A model generated the notes under the pieces. The model saw only the letters and a list, made by a program, of their open reading frames with translations, was not told the origin of the DNA and did not search any database. From Penicillus capitatus (lineage: Eukaryota > Plantae > Chlorophyta), in NCBI GenBank assembly GCA_965649825.1, contig OZ287705.1, positions 124,001-188,000 of the forward strand: a DNA stretch of 64,000 nucleotides, read 5' to 3'. A program made the translations under genes and the position numbers. This document shows positions 33,885 to 46,620 of this stretch, one piece after another; within the stretch, counting starts at the first letter, position 1, and every line of letters starts with the position of its first letter.

Positions 33885-36220
33885 TCAGGCAGAGGCGTTG
33901 TACTCCGTCTGATTCTCGAACATTCGGACCATTCGGTGAAATCGCAGGCGATTGCCGGAACGGATGATTTTGCCGTAGATGAGTCGATAGAGATCGACTT
34001 CTCTTCGAAACGGGTGACCCAAAAAAATGCGAATCTGTACAGTCAGTTTTACGTACTTCTGATCGACGGGGCCGAAGTGCGGCGAGATGACGTGCAGGCT
34101 GCGAGAGCGAAACTTGGAGGGCTGAAGCAGCGCCATGGCTTCGACCGTCCTCCCGCGGAGATTCTGGACCACCTCCAACTCCACAAAGTCCTCGTCGGGC
34201 AGTCCCACGCGAACAGAGGCGACGCCCTCGATCGGAAAGGGCAACTCCTCGTCTGGCGTTATGCAGACGCGCAGCCTTGTATCCTGCCGGCGGCGCAGGA
34301 TGTGAACTGGATGCTCTGGCAGATAGTCGTCGTAGAATCGCAAGGCCTCCTGCGCGTTCCTCAGATGAAAGGGCGTCGCGGCGCTGCTCGATCTGAGAAA
34401 GCACTCGACGTGGAGCGTCACTGCTGTGTGCTCGTTCAGTATCGGCGACCAGGCCCACTCTGGCCACTGGCAGACGTCGCCGAGCCTCAGTCTTCCATCC
34501 GAGTGCAGCTGCAAGCACCGACGACGTGACGTAGACGACAGCATCATCTGGCGACGTACCGACTCGAGGACGTCGATGCGTTGGTAGGCATCCGTCACCG
34601 ATCGGAAGATTCTGTCCGCCAGTGCCCCGGTCGCCGTCTGTCTGGTGCTTGGATCGAGACGGAGGACGGCCTGGACGAACAGAAGACACTGCTCCTCGTC
34701 GCTGAAGGCCGATCTCCCCCTGCGGTCGGCGGAGAGCCAGCGACGCGAGGCGCCTTCCTGATCAGGAGACTGGTCTGCCAGTCTCGAGCGTATGTGCTCG
34801 CGGAGCTTGGCGGAGTCGAAGACTCGAGAGCCTAGACAGGAGCGACGTGAGTCGGCGTGCAGGGACGGGGGATGATGGCGTACGCACAGGTGAACATTTC
34901 GAAGGCGATGATGCCGACGGCCCACATGTCGCCGCCGTAGCTCAGCTTCACATGCGTCTTGCGTTGCTGGTACGCCAGAGCCATTTCAGGTGCGGCGTAG
35001 CGAGTGATGTGGGGAGGGACGACTGCCAGTTCCTGGGAACGCGAAGCGTAGTCCAGATCGATGAGCTTCCAGGTGAAGTCCGACGAGAACCACATGATGT
35101 TCGACGGGTGGAGAGTTCCGTGATAGATGCCCTGACCGTGAAGGTTATCCAATGCCTCGAGCACCTACGCCATAAGACTGAGCGTGCAGACCGGCATCGA
35201 AGACGAGAGGCGGCAAACCGAGTAGAGGATCGCGCGCTGCTCCATGGGGTTCGGATGTCTGGCGGACAGGCGATCCGCCAGCGAATAGTTGCCTCTCTCC
35301 AAGACGAGGCAGAGAGGCAGACCGTCTGCCTCTTCGACGACGTTCAGCAGCCTGGGACACACAACAGGCGCATCGAATGGCATTCGAAGGGCAGGCATTA
35401 CTTGCAGACGTATTTGCTCTGGTGCGTGAAGCGGTGGACTCGGATCGCGTTCATCCATTCGTGAGAAGATCCGAAGTAGAACTTCAGCACCACGCGCTGC
35501 GACGTGACCAGGTCCGTCGCGTAGCGACAGTGGGATTGCCCTCGAGGCTTCTCCTCGTCGATGGTGTACCTGCAGGACGCAGAGGGATCCACCGTGTAAA
35601 GTGCCGGCACGGTGCACGGGGGTACCTCTCGGCGAAGACCGCTCCGCCGACGAGCGGATCCAGTTCGACGGTGGACTCGGCGACTGCTGGTGGATCGACG
35701 GGTTGTCGCATGGACATCGCGGGGCGCGCCTGGACCGCGACGTCATGTCAACAAGGCAAGGGTTATGTATGCTGCCTCACCTCTGTTCGGCGTTCGGACG
35801 GACCGACGTCGGTTAGCGTAGAGGGCGCTCCAAGTTCGCCAGCTGCTTCAGTTTCTGCACAGAGCGCGTTCAGTTTTCTGCACTGGTCGTGTTGGAAGTT
35901 GACCTGGAGTGGCTCGCTCTCTGCCCGAAGAGATCGCTTGGGTGGCAGCGGCTTCGGTTGCGCTTGCCGTTTCTCGCGTATCAAGCACGTTCCCCGAGAT
36001 GCGGGTCGTGCGTCGATACGCAAAAAGCGGACGTGGGCGAAAGGACCGGAGCCGTCTGCCGACAGAGCCCAGCAATCTCTGCCGCCTCGTTGGCGTGTGC
36101 GTTGTCGACGATGCCTCGTGGGAACTTCTCCGTCGCCTCACCGAGCCTTCGGCTGAGAATCTGTCTCTCCTTCCTCGTCCACTGTCTTGTCTGCTCCCAT
36201 AACCTAGAGAGGACGGACAT
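33885..36220 (-). CDS. Pseudokinase K34 with C-terminal DUF3694-like beta-domain, apparently intact
   Basis: VVLKFY, LCLVLERGNYSL, HGTLHPSNIMWF, WKLIDLD, RYAAPEM, DMWAVGIIAFEMFT|, then YDDYLPEHPVHIL...SPHFGPVDQKYVKL. Introns lie at family-conserved positions. The start codon is uncertain. Confidence 0.85.
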
Positions 36221-36675
36221 TCATTCGCGCATGCCACGTAGCGACAGCGCATGTGGCGGTTGTGACACTCGCCTGTGTTGGGAAATCCAGAATGCATGAG
36301 GTGGACGCAACGGTGCTTAGTCCTCTACAAGTTTCGCAGGATTAGGTTAGAGCAATAGAGCAAAACAGACAGACCGTACTGTCACCTAAACTAGGAAAGC
36401 TATCGTTAGTGTTGTCACTGTTGCCGTGGTTAAGCTACTGACAATGGCTGCGAGTACTCTACAGATAAGAACAAAATATACAAGAACAAAACATAAAACG
36501 CTTGCAGCGCTAAGGGAATAAGTAGGCCATAGTGCCTCGGTACTAATGGTCAAGTACAGTATTACTTAACGCAGAACGGGTCTAAACATGAGAATAAGGA
36601 AAGCAGTACCGCACTGTTTTGAGGAGTCCGCGGCGGAAATCAGTACCGATGATGAAATCCGAGCTGCTTGACACC

Positions 36676-37232
36676 TCATACGCGCAGAAGGATAGCCGTC
36701 ATCCTCAAACCGTTGTCTGAGAGGGCGCCATCGTGTACTGCGCAAGCAGGTGTTATGAAGGAGCGATTCCGAGGAGGCGTGCGGTTGGACAGCTTGAGGA
36801 CAGCGAAGACTGTCGTCTTCAATTCTGCGGCACACAAACTGTCTCGTCCATCGACAGAACACAAAGCAGGCGTCATCTGTGTTCGGGAACTGTCTGTCAA
36901 GGAGAGCGGTTCTGGTGGGCACCCGAAGACGAATCCTCGTCCCTGTACGAGGAAAACCGCGTAGCATTGCCTCTTGAAGACGCAGTACTGGAGATCAGTG
37001 CTCAAGGATGTCCAGACGATATCTACAGAAAGAGAGCTAGCTATCTTTGTCGGCATCGGCCAAATCTAGCCGTACCGTATCCGGCCGATTCATTTTCGAT
37101 ATCTCGAAAGCGCTGCTCCAGTGCAGGTCGACTGCATTCGGACGGCGATCCTGATCGACACAGGGCGTAGAGGGACCGAAGAGAAACGCTGTTCGTCTCC
37201 CTCAACGACAGATCGCTTTCGATGCGTCTCAT
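36676..37232 (-). CDS. Uncharacterised 167-aa protein, possibly a highly diverged UBC/E2-like fold; join 37232-37076, 37022-36676
   Basis: A 53-nt GT-AG intron joins two ORFs in frame. Weak by-eye similarity to E2 enzymes (LEQRFRDI, GCPP, PALCSVDGRDSLC). Confidence 0.35.
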
Positions 37233-38551
37233 CTGACTCGAAATTCGCCTTGCTGTCAAGTTGTGTCTTCATCGCAATCCAGTCTGCGGTTTCGAAGTGA
37301 CTCTTATGGACAGGAATCGGCAGACGAGCTCATGATCCTGGACAGCAAGCATCCATGTAACACGTCGGTTTCATCTCCATCTGTGTGGGTGACACACTCT
37401 TGCCTCCCGGTCGCCGAATTCATCTCCCGATAGACGTCGCCCTCGATGCTCGTGACAGGTCATGAGAGGGGAGTCCAGGGGCGTTCGTCTAAAGCCTCGT
37501 GTCTGGACAACGTCTAGCCGAACCTCGCGTCATCCATGTGTCGCCGATCCGTCCGAAAGCGTATGCGACAGATAAGGAGCCTCTAAGGTACGGACGGAAG
37601 TACGATGGCATCAACGGATGGCGATGTCCAGCAGCACTCCGTTCTTCGCTGACGTGATGCATAACGTCACGGGCGAAAGGATCTCTTAACGGGCGCGTGC
37701 CTCTACCGGCGACAGAGTATCCGGAAAGGGAGACATCCTTCGCTGAGGAGCTGCGCCGTGCTCGCCGAGAAACGCGTCTTGTGCTTTCGCTCTTCTAAGG
37801 CGACGCTGCAGCAAGATTCTCGTCGACGGCCGTTAACGACGAGACGCGTGCAGGTCGTTTTGGTCTTCTTGCCTCGTTCTCCCGTGACGGCTTCGACCTG
37901 TATTGTGTACGAGAGACGTAGACGTCCGCGTCAGATGGAATCGGTGCAAGTATACGCATGTCCTCGTCTCGTTTATACCATTGAGTCTCCTAGTCATGGA
38001 AAACATGCATTCCGTAATGACAAGACACGCAGAAGGTAAACAGCCGAACAGAGAAACACTCACTCACTCTTCATTCTGCTGAGAATCTTCTCTGGCAGTG
38101 ACGTTTCCTCCGAAGACCATCTGATCGTCGCCGTTTAACTTTCTGGGGGCAGATGTCCTTTCCACCTGCTTTCAGATCTCTGTGATTTTCACTTCATTCA
38201 CCGGGCAGTGGATGCTGGATGACGCGAAGCGTGGCTGCAACTCTCTGTCGTTCCAGATTTGGACGTCCTTCGCGGCTGGAGGGTATGCGGTGTTCTTTTA
38301 GACAGACAAGCAACGCGAATCGCACAGCTCATCATTGCACATGTCAGTCACTCGCGAAGCACTGCTAACTGAATCCTACGTTATTGATCGGACGCGGCGA
38401 CAGTGGGTTCGATAAGTCCGATGGATTCACAACGGCAGTTCACTCTTTTCGAGCTGCAGAAACGCCAACAAACAAAACACCCTGTGTCATCCTTTCCCGC
38501 ATTCAGTCCACTTCAGTGCCGTGGTTCGCGATGCAATGGAAAAGGACCACC

Positions 38552-40900
38552 TCACTCCATCTCAAAAGGACGACGCAGAACGTTCTCATTTTTGATCATT
38601 CCCAAAAATTTATGAAACCTTAACTTTTTTCCAGGACCGATCACTCTACAGTAGATGGCTTTATGAAATTCGAGCTCCCGTGATACTGGTTCCCCAAACA
38701 GAAGCTTGATGCCAACCTCCAGCCTCACATACTTCTCATCGACGGTCCCCCAGTGAGGCGACTTTGTTTGAAGTCTTCTGGACCCGAGCAACGAAGGTTG
38801 GAACAGTGCCAAGGCTGCGATCTCGTCATCTCTGCGGCGCTGTTCTAAAGTCAGTGTGGCAGAATCCGAGTCCGGAGGCTTCACGGTGACGGAGACAATC
38901 TTTCGGACGATGAGGGCGGAGTCGGATTGAGGTGTGACTCGGATGTGGAGACGGTACGTCTTGCCGAGTCTTATAAAATAGACGGGGTGGCTTGGCAGAT
39001 CCTCGTCGTCGAACATCCATGCCTGCTCGCCTGTGCGCAGATAGAAGGGAAGCGTCTCGCCGATGTCGCTCGGCAGGTACTCCACGTCGACCACGAGCTT
39101 CAAGCGGTTGACGATCCCTATGGTCCAGACCCAGTCCGGCATCGAAGGCTCTTCCCTCCCCTCCGAAGGGCCCAAGGCGTTCTGCAGCAGTCCCGTCGTT
39201 TGGTGGGGTGGATATGAGTGAGGGGTTACGCACGATCTCGTGGCTGTCCTGGCGCTGGTAGAGATCCGTGGCAGATCGAAAGAGGGGATCCTCCAACGCC
39301 TCGACTGCCGTCCGCCTGCTGTCCGGGTCCTTGTGGAGGAAAGTCTGGATGAATCGGAGGTTCTGCTCTTCGCTTCCGTAGTCGACGCGACCTCGCGGAT
39401 TCGCAGACAGCCATCTCCCCAGCGTCCGCTCTGCGTCCGCAGGAGGCTCTTGCAGTTTGCCGTCGATGTACTCCATGATGCCGCTAGAATCGGCCACCGA
39501 AGAACCTGAGGGAGACAGAAGGGCCACATTGGGAGACCGTTGCGGGAGAGGGACGACGCACAGGTCAAGACCTCGAAGGCGATGACGCCGAACGACCACA
39601 TGTCTGCCGACGGAGCGAGTCTGATCGGAGTCCTCGATCGTCTCTTCGCCTGACTGAACTCTGGAGATGCGTATCTGCTCGGTTCGTTCTGTGCGGCTGC
39701 TCGGCCATCTCTCGATGCGTGCTCGAGGTCGACCAGTTTCCAGGAACACTCGGCGGCGAACCACAGAAGATGTGATGGGTCGAGATTGCCGTGAGTGATT
39801 CCTCTGGAGTGGATGTGATCGAGCGCCTCGAGCACCTGGAGAAACGATCGGCGTCGACGGCATTGTCGAACGGGGGGCGTACCGAATTGAGAATGGCCTT
39901 CTGATCGATGAGCGACATCTGCCCTTTCGCGATTCTCTCTGCGAGTCTGTAGTCGCCTCTCTCCAGGACGAGACACGGAGGGAAGCCGTAGATGCCTTCG
40001 ATGGTTTCTATCAGTCTGAACGAAGATCGAACGCTTTCAGCAGGAGAACTGTGGGTAGTGAGTGGGTTTGCCTATTGATGTGCGAGTTTCCTGAGTCTAG
40101 AGCGCTGTAGATTTGTACGGCGTTTTCAAAATCTTCCGAATCGCGCGGGAAGAACTTGAGAAAAACGCGATGGCCGGTGGATTTCTCAACGGCGTAGCGA
40201 CAGTGCGGTTTTCCTTGGATCCTTTGCTCCTCGAGCCGATACCTGCAAGATCGCACATCCTCGTGGACAGAATCTTATCGTCGGCGACGTACCTGCCGGC
40301 GAACATCCGACCATCCTTGAGCGAGTTGAGTTGCATCAAGAACTCCACATGAGCACTTCCCTTGTCGCCGAGTCTGGACAGCGATGTCTGTGCCTCGCTC
40401 TGGCAAAACACGCATATAGATGCGATGATGCAAGGGAGCGATGCGCGGGTCTCTCACGAGGGTAGGAGGCAGACTTGATGATCTCGGTGGTATTGCCGAA
40501 GTGTGAAAGGGCACCGAGTGTCCTTCCACTCTCGCCGACTGGTCTGCTCGGCAGCCAGTGTCACAGAACTGGAGTGTTAGGAATGGTGGTGGTACGGGAA
40601 GAAGATGAGCCGATGGGTGACGGGATAGCTGAATCTGGAGTCGAGTCCACGCGTCTTCTTTCATGCTCTCCCGAACTCCTCGACTCTCTTGTCTTGCTTC
40701 TGGGCAGCTTAAACCTTCTCCCCTTAGGCGACGGTCTCTCTTGGCGAGTCTCGTCGACGGTTCCCAGAGTGGAGGGACCGGAGTCAAAAGCAGATGAAGT
40801 TGTTGGGCGCGGAACCGACATGTTTGTTCGTTCGTTCGAGGAGTCACTCCAATTCTCTTCTGCGGATCTAGGCAGAAAACGATGCCGTCTGGAAGCACGT
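38552..40900 (-). CDS. Pseudokinase K39 with disordered N-terminus and C-terminal DUF3694-like beta-domain (5' end uncertain)
   Basis: VFLKFF, PCLVLERGDY, HGNLDPSHLLWF, WKLVDLE, RYASPEF, DMWSFGVIAFEVLT|, DEDLPSHPVYF...SPHWGTVDEKYVRL...AIYCRV. Confidence 0.85.
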
Positions 40901-41614
40901 TTGTAAGTGACATAGGGCAAAACGCCCGGTTCGCTGTTAAGTAACACACATGCCTGATGTTGAGGGCTTCGTGTATGTTGCCACGACCGAGTCCGTCACC
41001 TTCGCATGCAGACAATACAGTGAGTGGCGTGTGGCTGTCGGCAAGGATAGCGACAGACACCTGACGTGACGTGTGACGTTCACGGAGCCAGAGGACCTTC
41101 CGTCGAAAGCTGAGTCATCGCGGCCATTGCGATCGACATCGACGTCATCACTGTTAACACACAAGAATGCAGATGTCACGTCCGTCGGTCGTACGGATAA
41201 GAAGGCTGGTTTCGATTTAGCGATGGCTTGATTGTCTGGAGGCATAATGCATTGCCAGCTGTGGAAGAGACGTGTCCTTACGGTTTGACACGAACCTGCA
41301 GCCAACGTAACACTGATGTCTGCACGTTTATGTGACCTTTCCGTCATCCAATCGTCCATTTCGCCCTTTTACAGCCAACGTAACGCTGACGACAGCGCAT
41401 TCATATGGCCCTTTCGCCGTCGATGCGTCCATTTCGATTACCCAAAACCCACGTAACGATTAGTCATGACTGCTATTTAAACGCAGCGGAGAGGAGTCCT
41501 CACGAATAAGCTTTGAACGCGAATTCGACTTTTCTCTCCGCCTCGGAGACCGATCACTTCTGTTGGTTTTCGAAGCTCAGCCGTCTCACAAAACATCTAT
41601 TCGAAACGAAAGCT

Positions 41615-42201
41615 ATGATGGCCCTTCGCAAAGGTGAGGCAAACTTCGCCGCATCGTCTGCCGTCCGACCCGTCGACGCAACGTTGTCTGTTTGTAGTTT
41701 TCCTCGTCGCCCTCGTAACGGCCGCCGCTTTGTGGACAGCTGCCGAAGCGGACGAAGGTGTGTTGAAAGGTCCACACCGTCCGCGACGTGTCGTGCTCCA
41801 AAATGCGGTGTGCCTGCTTCCGCTTGATGGGCATTGGGACGTAACGGACGGTCTCGTCGGCAGTCCTACTTACCACGTCGACATGCGTTCCGTGCAGAAC
41901 ATCTACACAGGTATGCCCACAGCGCTCCGCGTTAGCTCGCGCTAACACTTACTTCCATATCGCAGGTACGGGCTACTCTACAGTCGCGTATCCTCCGTTC
42001 CCGCAGGTTCCTCTCACCTTGTCGGCAGTATTCGACGAGACAGCGTGTACGTTCACGGGCACCATCGCACTCCCGAGTACGAACACGGTCATTTCGTTCG
42101 TCTGGTCTGTGGACAGCGATATACTCATGACGGGTACTGGAAGGCGTTTTGTCAACGGAGTCCTCGAGTCGACCTTGCGCCAAACTGCCGAGCATGCCTA
42201 G
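41615..42201 (+). CDS. Small secreted protein, 155 aa, predicted 8-stranded beta-barrel; join 41615-41633, 41698-41910, 41966-42201
   Basis: Two GT-AG introns give one frame: MMALRKVFLVALVTAAALWTAAEA|DE..., with alternating beta-strand patterns. TATTTAAA lies near 41474. Confidence 0.8.
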
Positions 42202-43934
42202 TAACCCACCCGTCCCATCACATCATCTCTTTTTTCAGTTTTCCGCTAAGATGCGTCGTCGAAGACGTACTTAACGGATGATCATTTCGTTAAGTACGCA
42301 AGCAATAGACGCCTAGAATGAACAAGGGCGAGGGTAATTTTTGGCGTTGCTGTTGTCGATGATCCTGATGTTGTGTCGGCTTGTTCGATATCCACTATTT
42401 TCGTTTTCCTGCCGTTCTTGTGGCTTTCATGCTCTGTGAGGTGAACCTACCGTTGCTGGGTGGATTATCTGTGCTTCCGTTTTGTCGCGAGCAGTGCTTG
42501 TCATGCCGCTTTTGAATGGCTGTTGTTCTTTTTCCTTGTCGCTCTGTCTGAGCAGAGCGAATGCAACGAACAGTATTCACCTCTGCATCCGACTTTCAAG
42601 TTCGCCGCAAATGACGGCGTTCAGTTGTGTAAGAGCAACTCTTGATTGAACAATTATATCATGCTTCTGGACGGGGCGCGTTCGACTCGGCGTCAGATCG
42701 ACGACAGCAGCAGAAGCTCGCGCTTTCGTAAACGACATGACGCTTCATGTTCCGTGTTCACATTTCTTACCTTGCAGCAAACGCGACGAGGTATTCGACG
42801 CTATAGACGACCGTGGATGGTCCGTTCCCGCAGCCAGAAATTAGGTATGGACGTTTTGATGTGACGTCTCCACCGCGCCGTGACAGAGATGGGCAAGCAG
42901 ACAGGGGCAACAATTTGCTTACATCATTAGAGCACAAGGATTGAAATGACAAGACGTTTTGCCACGAAACGAACTGGAAGTACTCCAGAGTGCTCCAGTC
43001 GACCATCTCTGCTTTTACTGTTCTTTAACTTTCAGCTTTCTTGTGGAGCTCAGACAGAGAAAGAACATGTGCCTCGTTACATGTACAGGTAGGTATTTGA
43101 CTCCGGCCTTGAGTTCGGAATGCTAATAATGAATGTTTAACGCACACCAGACAGCACAGGATACAAGTGTTACTTAGAAATGTGTCTGACAGTCAATTGA
43201 AAGCAGAAATAGAAATATGTGTGATTTTCAGTGAACACTCTTTTTCGTGGTGCCGATTCACAGAGCGAACACAAAATCTGGTTCCCTTGTCTGCTTGTGC
43301 AGATTTATTGTGCAAAGCGTGACATACAGTGCTCGTAGGTATGTTCACAAACGCAGGCAAATGTGAAGTCCAGTGACATGTGTTTCGGTTGCGTTGGAAC
43401 ATTCGTCGATTTATTACGTTCGAGTTGATCATTACTAGCTCATTGGACAAACAGACAAACATAGGTGCCTCTCCATCGCGCATCATCTAAACAGATTTAG
43501 ACCCATCGATCGTGAAGACTGACGTTCATCCATCCTCTAACACCGAGCAGTCGAAATGTAGACGCTAAAAAAGTAATGAAGACGTTGTGGAAACTTTGAG
43601 AAATGGCGTCCTGCGGTCGGAAGGCGGAAGTTGTCAACGACTTGCGAAGGGCGCCTCACGTCTTGGCGGACAAAATAGTGAGATGCGGAATAAAATGAAG
43701 CGAAATGATAGATGTGCAATGCAGCAGTCAATATGATGCAAGCGCTGAAATGCGATTCCCCTAGGTCCCCATCGGAACAGAGGCATCCGCCGCCCTTACG
43801 CATACAAAACCAAGTCTATGTCACAGCATAAGCAAGAAACAAAACCAGAACAGCAACTGTCAATGGTATCTCTGATGACAAATAATCTGTCAGCTATTTT
43901 ATTCGGTGTTCGGCATTGAAATGCCGACAGTCAC

Positions 43935-44267
43935 TCATTTCTTCGCACCTCCATACTGCTGACTCGGTGCATCCGGAAAGAATCCAAGACGACGCAGTGC
44001 TGTGCGTATGGACTGAGGAGAGTATTCCCAAAAAGTATATCGCGTAGAGGAAGCCGAAGCGGCTTTCGTGTTCTGACGCCGAAAGAACGGAAAGCGACGC
44101 AGAGCCGTTCGCAACGACTGAGGACAACGCTCCCAAATCTCCTCCAAACGCGAACCCGTCCGAGCTCGCGGACCTCCTCTGCGTCTTGATTTCTTAGCGA
44201 AGAGTCGACGACGAAGAGCCTTCGGCTTTCTTCCAAACAAATTGCGTCTTCTTCGCCTCCCTTCCAT
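43935..44267 (-). CDS. Arg-rich ~110-aa protein with 34-35-aa repeats (may extend further 5')
   Basis: WERCPQSLRTALRRFPFF and WEYSPQSIRTALRRLGFF lie 105 nt apart and differ mainly by synonymous changes. Confidence 0.6.
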   Translation of the reverse strand: MEGRRRRRNLFGRKPKALRRRLFAKKSRRRGGPRARTGSRLEEIWERCPQSLRTALRRFPFFRRQNTKAASASSTRYTFWEYSPQSIRTALRRLGFFPDAPSQQYGGAKK

Positions 44268-45309
44268 TTCAGACGTTTCCACCGACTGACCCACGCTGCC
44301 TTGCGTCGGAAACGATACGCGGTGGGTAGCGGTGTTTCGTCCGGTCCACAACGTGCTTCTCCCTCGAGACTGTCTGTTCGTGCGACGGACACAACCTAGA
44401 GGTAACACACCGTTTAACATTTTACAAGCGAAATGTGCCGTTTCGTTTTGATACCTTGACAGGACGCCGTGGAATGCATCGCGCTTGTTCTGTCTGCTGC
44501 ACAGGTGAGTGACGTGGAGATTCAGTTGGTACGGGGAAAACACAACGAAACGGAAAAAAGGAAGGCCCCTTCGTCGTCCTGTATGATATCGTGTAATTGC
44601 GTCAATCCATCTTTCCAACCGTTTGCGTCGCGCCCGTCTCCATCGAAAGCATCGATCGTCCACAGATAGAACGGACCGACGCAGGTTGTACGCGAACGAC
44701 CCTCTGCTTAATCAGAATCGCAAGCGATAGAGAACTTCGTGTCTGTCGATGCCATATTCATGCGCGTAGTTCTGAACCGCTTAAACACAACGGTCATCGA
44801 TGTAGGTAGATCTTGAAGACTGCCTCTTAACGACATCCTCCCCGAAAGATCACGCATGCCTCTCGCTGTCGACTCTGGCTGTAGGATGTGCTTTCAGGCA
44901 GAAGTTGCTGCACCTGTCAAATCATCTGGCTCTCACACCAGAGCTTTGGCACACACAGAGAAGGGCCGAGTCAGGCAGGGTACACTCTTCAAGGTAAGCT
45001 GCTGCTGGTACTAGCTCAGCATACATCTTTTTAGGCAAAGAGGCGCTCTCAATTGCCTTTACATCAAGTACTACGTGCAGTGACAACAGTACACAAATTC
45101 CCACGATGATGAATAGTATCCACTGAGGAAATCCACATCCATACGTCTGTCGGCAGAAGTGCGGTGCAGTAAAATGCTAAGAATGCTTTGTAAGATGTCA
45201 TGACCGTCTGTTTTCCCAGTCCAATGTACTCTCATGGTGTAGACCTATTCGATAAATGCGTGCGTTTTGCTGCCGGCAATGACGCCGCGGCTTTTCATCT
45301 TCGACGATG

Positions 45310-46620
45310 TCACGCGTCTGCATCCTGACACAAGTTCAGGGTATGAATCCATGACACGCTAGGGGAGAAGGTCGCCATCTCTCTTCTCTCGCGTGTCCCT
45401 CGCCTCCGACAATCGGCTCGGCCATTGCCCATCGAGCTTGGCATCGGACTCCTGTCCGTCTGTAATGAATGCGGCGCAGTGCTTTGTGTTCCCATGCAAA
45501 TGCCTTTGCAGCACAACGACGCCGTCATTTTCATTTTCGGCACGGTCCTCCAGCAGAAGGTCTTGACGATATCGTCCTCGCAGCGCCCTGCGCCCTCGAG
45601 AGCCACACGAATGTGCAGTTGGAAGATCAGCTCTTCCATTAACATCGCCTCGTCGTGAGCAGCGCCTCCGCGACGTCGCAGCATCCAGGGCTCCAGCAAT
45701 GCCGTCGTCTCCTTAACGTATGCCCTGTTCTCGGTCTCAGCGATCTGGAGATTTCGCATTCGGCCCATCTGGTGCAGTAGCTGAACATGCGTGACGTTTT
45801 CAATCGGGATGACCGCGTCGTCGATGACGCTCTCCATCCGAATGCGCAGGAGGCAATGCTCGCCTGCTCGTGAACCGAAGACGAATCCGTCATCACTGCA
45901 GCTGTCATGGAACGTCAGCGCCCTCTTGCCTTTCCTGTGCAGCAGCGCCTCTGTCGAACGACCGTTTCGGCGCAGACGCTCCGCTGAGACCTCGACCTTT
46001 ACGCATCTCTCGCTCGAGTCAGCGAAGCGCAAACGGTGCGCGTCCCGAGAACTGCAGCACGCGGATGTCTACACACAAGACAGAGCTCAAGGTACTGCAT
46101 CGTTCGGGGCAGTGTACCTCGCATAGTGTGCTACCGGCGGTCTCTTGTTCAATGTGCAAGTTCCATTCGGAGGAGGTCGGCGTCGCACCTTCACGACAGG
46201 TCTGTCGAATGGAATCGCCCAACGGTCTCGAGATGCACCTTGAGTCTCTGGCTGCACATCGAGGTGCAACTGTCCCCTGGTGTTGTTTGGAATCAAAGGA
46301 CGGTTGATCACAGGCGTAGCCCGGCGAGATTTGTATGGAGCAAAGAGATGGCGTTGACTGGCGCTGCCGATCACGTCAGCTGATTCCTCCTCCTCCGAGT
46401 TACGCGACGGAGCATCCGTGTCGTCGTGACGGTTTCCGTATGTGCCGATGCTGGACGCGAGGCTTGCTTGAACGGAGTACGGCATACCGTACTTCGAATC
46501 CCACCGATACTTGTGACTCGTTCCTAAGACAGAGAACCCACCCCGAGTCTATCGGTATCGAGGCCGCGCAGAAAACGTTTGTCATACCTGCGTCGTCGCT
46601 GCTGGCCATGGTGTCCGGTA
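45310..46620 (-). CDS. Putative spliced gene of unknown function
   Basis: A 240-codon ORF with protein-like composition plus candidate GT-AG introns near 46120-46075 and 46590-46550. No motif was recognised. Confidence 0.3.

Noticed and set aside
33676-34689. Long alternative-frame and antisense ORFs over K34 (also 61334-62461 over the Pmp gene)
   Set aside because: Explained by GC-rich codon usage of the overlapping real genes.
42767-43486. Kelch-like fragments
   Set aside because: No GG-Y-W spacing repeated; the resemblance is too weak.
46485-46510. tRNA T-loop-like TTCGAATCCCACC
   Set aside because: The flanks cannot form a T-stem or acceptor stem.
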